Positions 58,847 through 64,000 of a DNA stretch of 64,000 nucleotides are shown here, one piece after another. The translations under genes and the position numbers were made by a program. How positions within the stretch are numbered: the first letter of the stretch is position 1; each line of letters begins with the position of its first letter. Origin of the DNA: Desulfosoma sp. (GTDB taxonomy: Bacteria; Desulfobacterota; Syntrophobacteria; Syntrophobacterales; DSM-9756); assembly GCA_037481835.1 (NCBI GenBank), contig JBBFKW010000003.1, positions 128,001-192,000 of the forward strand. Direction: 5' to 3'. The notes below the pieces were generated by a model that saw only the letters and a program-made list of their open reading frames with translations, did no database searches and was not told the DNA's origin.

Positions 58847-59950
58847 ATGAAAGATCCCAAGAAACCGGATCGGAAAACGGACGATCGTGCGGCCGGGCAT
58901 GATGATATTCGCGACTTGTTCAAGGACATCGAGGACCTGGACCGATCGGCCGTGGACGGGGAAGACGAAGACGTCCTGGAACTCGATGAAGTGGTGGACG
59001 ATGGCGAGGAGGGCCTCAAGGACCTTCCCGACTTGGAAGACGATCTGGCCGACCTGGCCGATCTGGATGAGGCGGAGCCGGCCTTGGGCGAGCCCGAGCT
59101 CGAGGAATCCCTTTTCGATGAGGAAGTGACGGTGGAATTGGCGCCGCCGGAAAAGGGGTTGGAACGCCCCCGGGAACCGCTCATGGAAGCGGCCGAAGAC
59201 GACGAGACGGCCTTGGAAGAAGATCTGGGAGGGCCGGAAGAAACGCCTTTGCCGGACCTGGAGGACGTGCTGGAGCCGGCGGAGGCCTCGGCGGAAGCCT
59301 TGGAGAGGGAAATCCTGGACGAGCCGTCGGCGGAAGACGAAGGGGACGTGGACGATTTGGGCGAGGCGGAGCCTGAGCCGGAGCCCCTGGAAACCGAGGT
59401 CTGGGATACCGACGAGGAGCTGGAAGCGTTGCTCAAAACCGCCGGAGCGGCCGTGGCGGCCGAAGGGGAACCGGCACTGGAACCGCAAAGGGCACCTGAA
59501 CCGGAGCCTCAATGGGAACAGGAACCGAAATGGCGACCGGAAGCCGACGCACGGGAAGAAGCCGAGCCGGTTTTCGAGGAGCCCGTCACCGAGGAGCAAT
59601 TGCTGCCGCCCGAGAAGGCCGTGCGGTTGGAGGGTGAGGATTTGGAACCGATCCGGGATGTGCCGGCTGCCGAGCGGGCCGTGCCGGACAGTGTGGACTT
59701 GGCGATCTTGGGAGCGGCCGCGGGCGGTGCTGGAGCCGCTGCCGTTTCCACGACAGCAACCGAAAGTGCCGAGGAGGCGATGATGGAAGAACGGCCTGCC
59801 ATGTTCCAACCCATTGTGGAAGTTTTGGAAAAGCGGCTCCAGGCCAGGGTCCAGGCCATGGTGCAGAAGGCGGTCCAGGAACAACTGCCGGGCATTGTGC
59901 GGCGGGTGTTGCAGGAAGAAATCGAGCGGCTTTCCAAGAGCTTGGGCTGA
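58847..59950 (+). CDS. Acidic Pro/Glu/Asp-rich disordered protein with a PopZ-like C-terminal helix
   Basis: AGGAG RBS; DVLELDEVV motif; long E/D/P tract; C-terminus EQLPGIVRRVLQEEIERL. Confidence 0.8.
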   Translation: MKDPKKPDRKTDDRAAGHDDIRDLFKDIEDLDRSAVDGEDEDVLELDEVVDDGEEGLKDLPDLEDDLADLADLDEAEPALGEPELEESLFDEEVTVELAPPEKGLERPREPLMEAAEDDETALEEDLGGPEETPLPDLEDVLEPAEASAEALEREILDEPSAEDEGDVDDLGEAEPEPEPLETEVWDTDEELEALLKTAGAAVAAEGEPALEPQRAPEPEPQWEQEPKWRPEADAREEAEPVFEEPVTEEQLLPPEKAVRLEGEDLEPIRDVPAAERAVPDSVDLAILGAAAGGAGAAAVSTTATESAEEAMMEERPAMFQPIVEVLEKRLQARVQAMVQKAVQEQLPGIVRRVLQEEIERLSKSLG

Positions 59951-59990
59951 ACAGAAAGGATGCGGGCACGAGGGTGGAGGGATCTTCTTG

Positions 59991-62669
59991 ATGAATCGCG
60001 ACACGTTGCCGAAGGCGTATGAATTCCAGGACGTGGAAGGGCGGTGGGTGACTTACTGGGTGGAAAACCGGTGTTTTCGGGCGGATCCGACGGCGGCCAG
60101 GCCCCCTTTCAGCATCGTCATTCCGCCGCCCAACGTCACGGGGCAGCTCCACATGGGCCATGCGCTCAACAACACGCTCCAGGACATCCTCTGCCGCTAC
60201 AAGAGACTTAAAGGTTTCGAGGTCCTCTGGGTTCCGGGAACGGACCACGCGGGGATCGCCACCCAGAACGTGGTGGAACGGCATATCGCCAAGGACGGGC
60301 TCACACGGCACGATCTGGGCCGGGAAAAATTCCTGGAAAAGGTCTGGGAATGGAAGGAAACCTACGGGGACTACATTATCCGCCAGCTGAAGCGACTGGG
60401 GGCCAGCTGCGACTGGACCCGGGAACGGTTCACGATGGATGAGGGCCTTTCCAGGGCGGTGCGCATCGTCTTCGTCAAGCTCTACGAGGAAGGACTCATC
60501 TACCGCGGCCAGCGCATGATCAACTGGTGCCCCCGCTGCATGACGGCCTTGGCCAACATCGAAGTGGAAGGCGAAGAAATCGGCGGGCGCCTCTATCACA
60601 TCCGCTATCCCCTGGCGGACGGATCCGGGGCTGTCACGGTGGCCACCACGCGCCCCGAAACCATGCTGGGAGATACCGCCGTGGCGGTCCACCCGGACGA
60701 TCCCCGATACCGCCATGTCGTCGGCAAGACCGTCATTGTGCCCCTCGTCAACCGGCCCATCCCGGTGATCGCCGACCCGTACGTAGACCGCGAATTCGGT
60801 ACGGGCGCCTTGAAGATCACCCCCGGCCACGATTTCAACGACTTCGAAATCGGCCGAAAACACGGCCTGGAGGTCATCCAGGTCATCGGGGAAGACGGCG
60901 TCATGACGGCCCAGGCCGGCCCGTACCAAGGGCTGGACCGATACGAATGCCGAAAGAGGGTGGTGGCCCATTTGGAAAAGGGCGGCTACCTCGGGACGGT
61001 GCAGGACCATGTCCACCGCGTTGGGCACTGTTACCGGTGCAAGAGCGCCGTCGAACCCATGCTCTCGCTCCAATGGTTCGTCAAGACGCGCCCTCTGGCG
61101 GATCGGGCCATGGAAGCCGTCCGGGACGGCCGCACCCGCATCATCCCGAAGAAGTGGGAAAAAGACTACTTCCAGTGGCTGGAAAACATCGAAGACTGGT
61201 GCATCAGCCGCCAGATCTGGTGGGGACACCGCATTCCCGCCTGGTACTGCGCCGACTGCCAAGGGACGACCGTCGCTCTGGAAGACCCCAAAACCTGCGG
61301 CAGCTGCGGCGGCACCCGGCTGGAACAGGACAATGACGTTTTGGACACCTGGTTCAGTTCGGCTCTGTGGCCTTTCACCACCATGGGCTGGCCGGAACAG
61401 ACGCCCGAGCTTCAAAAATTCTATCCCACCTCCGTTCTGGTGACGGGCTTCGACATCCTCTTTTTCTGGGTCGCCCGCATGATGATGATGGGCCTTCATT
61501 TCATGAAGGACGTGCCGTTCCGCGACGTCTACGTCCATGCCTTGGTGCGGGACGCCCAGGGGCAGAAGATGAGCAAGTCCAAGGGGAACGTCATCGATCC
61601 CCTGGTCATGATGGACCGCTACGGGACCGACGCCCTGCGCTTTACGCTCACCGCCTTCGCCGCCCAAGGCCGGGACATCAAGCTTTCCGAAGAGCGCATC
61701 GAAGGCTACCGCCATTTCGTGAACAAGATCTGGAACGCCTCCCGGCTTGTGCTCATGAACATCGAAGGGACCGCCCTCCTGGATCGCATTCCCGATCGGC
61801 TGGAGCGCCTCGCCCACCGGTGGATCCTCAGCCGATTCCAGTCGGTGCTGGACGAGGTGGAATCGGCTCTGGAAAACTACCATTTCAACCAATACGCCCA
61901 GAGTCTGTACCAGTTTTTCTGGCATGAATACTGCGACTGGTACCTGGAAGTCATCAAGCCCGACCTCTACGGCGAGGACCCGCAAGCCAAAGTATTGGCC
62001 CAAACCATTGCGGCCACCGTCTTGAAAAATCTCCTCATCCTCCTGCACCCCGTCATGCCCTTTGTCACCGAGGAACTGGCCGAAAGGTTGCCCGGGTCCG
62101 GCGAAAGTCTGGTCCGAGCGGCTTTTCCCGAAAAGGAGCCGTGGCGATCGGATCCCGAAGCGGAAAAGGACATGGGCCTGCTCATGGATGTCATCACCGG
62201 CATGCGCAACATCCGCGGGGAAATGAACATCGCACCGGGGGTTCGCCTCAAAGCCGTGTGCCTATGCCGCTTGGATGCCGAAAAGGATCTTCTGGAAGCC
62301 AACCGGCAGATGCTCGTGGATCTTGCCCGGCTGGAAAGCCTCACCGTGGGGCTGCAGGGACAGATGCCCAAACCCCGGCTTGCGGCCTCGACGGTTTCCG
62401 GCGGCGTGGAAGCCTACGTCCTTCTCGAAGGCGTGTTGGACGTGGACAGCGAGGCCAAGCGGTTGGACAAGGAGATCGGAAAACTCCAAAAGGAGCTGGA
62501 AGGGGCTCGAAAGAAACTTTCCAACGAAGACTTCCTGAAACGTGCCCCCATGGATGTGGTGGAAAAGGAACGGGAAAAGGCGGAACGGCTTGCGGAAAAA
62601 CTTGCGAAACTCCGGGCCAACCGAGACCGCGTGGAAGCGCTGGTGCGCGAAGCCGCCCAAAACGCCTGA
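59991..62669 (+). CDS. valS: Valine--tRNA ligase
   Basis: PPPNVTG.LHMGH, DWCISRQ.WWGH, KMSKS, C-terminal coiled coil. Confidence 0.99.
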   Translation: MNRDTLPKAYEFQDVEGRWVTYWVENRCFRADPTAARPPFSIVIPPPNVTGQLHMGHALNNTLQDILCRYKRLKGFEVLWVPGTDHAGIATQNVVERHIAKDGLTRHDLGREKFLEKVWEWKETYGDYIIRQLKRLGASCDWTRERFTMDEGLSRAVRIVFVKLYEEGLIYRGQRMINWCPRCMTALANIEVEGEEIGGRLYHIRYPLADGSGAVTVATTRPETMLGDTAVAVHPDDPRYRHVVGKTVIVPLVNRPIPVIADPYVDREFGTGALKITPGHDFNDFEIGRKHGLEVIQVIGEDGVMTAQAGPYQGLDRYECRKRVVAHLEKGGYLGTVQDHVHRVGHCYRCKSAVEPMLSLQWFVKTRPLADRAMEAVRDGRTRIIPKKWEKDYFQWLENIEDWCISRQIWWGHRIPAWYCADCQGTTVALEDPKTCGSCGGTRLEQDNDVLDTWFSSALWPFTTMGWPEQTPELQKFYPTSVLVTGFDILFFWVARMMMMGLHFMKDVPFRDVYVHALVRDAQGQKMSKSKGNVIDPLVMMDRYGTDALRFTLTAFAAQGRDIKLSEERIEGYRHFVNKIWNASRLVLMNIEGTALLDRIPDRLERLAHRWILSRFQSVLDEVESALENYHFNQYAQSLYQFFWHEYCDWYLEVIKPDLYGEDPQAKVLAQTIAATVLKNLLILLHPVMPFVTEELAERLPGSGESLVRAAFPEKEPWRSDPEAEKDMGLLMDVITGMRNIRGEMNIAPGVRLKAVCLCRLDAEKDLLEANRQMLVDLARLESLTVGLQGQMPKPRLAASTVSGGVEAYVLLEGVLDVDSEAKRLDKEIGKLQKELEGARKKLSNEDFLKRAPMDVVEKEREKAERLAEKLAKLRANRDRVEALVREAAQNA

Positions 62670-62731
62670 GCCCCCGCCACAGGGCGGACCATCGGCCCCA
62701 CAGACGCCGGGCCCGGATGACGAGGACTTCC

Positions 62732-63283
62732 ATGCGACGCGTGCCCACGGAAATCGCCGACGTGATCCTTTTCGAACCGAAGGTTTTCTCCGACGACCGC
62801 GGGTTTTTTTTCGAAAGCTACAACCGAAAGACTTTCAGCGAGTTGGGCCTTGCCGTGGATTTCGTCCAAGACAACCATTCCCGGTCGCGCCGAGGGGTGT
62901 TGCGCGGGCTGCACTACCAGCTGGCCCCTCGGGCTCAGGGAAAACTCGTCCGCGTGGTCTTGGGCGAAATTTTCGACGTGGCCGTGGATCTTCGACGATC
63001 GTCGCCCTCCTTCGGCCGGTGGGTGGGCGTTTATCTTTCGGCGGAAAACAAAAAGCAGCTCTACGTCCCCGAAGGCTTTGCCCACGGTTTTCTTGCGCTT
63101 TCACCCTGGGCGGAGGTCTGTTACAAAACGACGGATTATTATTCGCCCGAGCACGAACGGTGCCTCCTGTGGAACGATCCCACCCTGAACATCACCTGGC
63201 CTTTGGCCGACGGGGAAACACCGGTGCTGTCCCCCAAAGACGCGCAGGGGGTCGTATTAACCCAGGCGGATCTTTTCGCGTGA
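62732..63283 (+). CDS. rfbC: dTDP-4-dehydrorhamnose 3,5-epimerase
   Basis: DDRGFF, QDNHS, RGLHYQ, GFAHGF. Confidence 0.97.
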   Translation: MRRVPTEIADVILFEPKVFSDDRGFFFESYNRKTFSELGLAVDFVQDNHSRSRRGVLRGLHYQLAPRAQGKLVRVVLGEIFDVAVDLRRSSPSFGRWVGVYLSAENKKQLYVPEGFAHGFLALSPWAEVCYKTTDYYSPEHERCLLWNDPTLNITWPLADGETPVLSPKDAQGVVLTQADLFA

Positions 63284-63338
63284 GGGCATAACTGGTGACA
63301 ACGGGCCGGCAGGGCTTTCGGGGTTTGGGAAAAGAGCG

Positions 63339-64000
63339 ATGAAAACCGTTGTGGTGACCGGCATCTTGGGCCAGCTGGGATGGGAAATGGAACGCTTCGC
63401 GCCTCCGTGGGCGCGCCTTGTGGGGGCGGACCTTCCCGATACGGACATTGCCCGGCCCGACCATGTGGAACGGCTCTTTTCGAAAAACCGGCCGGACGTG
63501 CTCGTCAACGCCGCCGCCTACACCGCCGTGGACCGTGCGGAACAGGAACCCCATGCGGCTTACCGGATCAATCGGGACGCCGTGCGGCTGCTCGCCCAAA
63601 CGTGCGCCCGGTTCGGGACCCACCTCGTGCATCTTTCCACCGATTTCGTCTTCGACGGCACCTTGTCCCGCCCTTACCGGCCGGACGATGCGCCGAACCC
63701 CATCGGCGTCTATGGTGCCAGCAAGAGGGCGGGGGAAGAGGCGGTTTTGGAAATCCTGGGAGACAAAGGGACCATTGTCCGAACCGCCTGGCTCTATTCG
63801 AGCCATGGGGCCAACTTCGTCAAAACCATGCTGCGACTCTACCAAGAGCGCGATGAAGTGCGGGTGGTATCCGACCAGGTGGGGACCCCGACGTGGGCGG
63901 CCAATCTGGCGGATTTTCTCTGGGATCTCGTGGGACGGGAAACCGTGCCGGCGGGGATCTTTCATTTCACCGACGCCGGCGTGGCGTCCTGGTACGATTT
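63339..64000 (+). CDS. rfbD: dTDP-4-dehydrorhamnose reductase (truncated by the window edge; not in the ORF track)
   Basis: Manual translation gives MKTVVVTGILGQLG..., NAAAYTAVD, STDFVFDG, YGASK, DQVGTPT. Confidence 0.95.
   Translation, partial: MKTVVVTGILGQLGWEMERFAPPWARLVGADLPDTDIARPDHVERLFSKNRPDVLVNAAAYTAVDRAEQEPHAAYRINRDAVRLLAQTCARFGTHLVHLSTDFVFDGTLSRPYRPDDAPNPIGVYGASKRAGEEAVLEILGDKGTIVRTAWLYSSHGANFVKTMLRLYQERDEVRVVSDQVGTPTWAANLADFLWDLVGRETVPAGIFHFTDAGVASWYD

Overview
GC-rich chromosomal window from a Gram-negative anaerobe. Gene content (lpxK, lptFG, split purL/purQ, rubrerythrin-like protein, TIGR02266-like PilZ) suggests Desulfobacterota, probably Syntrophobacteria; this is an inference. 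Most of it is core genome: tRNA-Val-thrS-infC-rpmI-rplT-pheST, purL/Q/N, hflKC, lptFG, dGTPase, valS and rmlCD, plus two ABC importers. Four loci stand out. (1) An acidic, disordered PopZ-like gene lies directly upstream of valS. (2) A three-gene operon encodes a membrane-anchored DUF2760-like protein and two atypical Hsp70 paralogues. (3) A KaiC-like ATPase is coupled to atypical receivers and two histidine kinases, with no kaiA/kaiB. (4) An apparently exported PIMT with a homopolymer frameshift is coupled to a membrane spermidine-synthase-like protein. There is also a decayed vapBC islet at tRNA-Ala and several families of REP-like intergenic repeats. I found no CRISPR array, integrase or transposase. 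Family assignments come from recognising motifs by eye, not from database searches.
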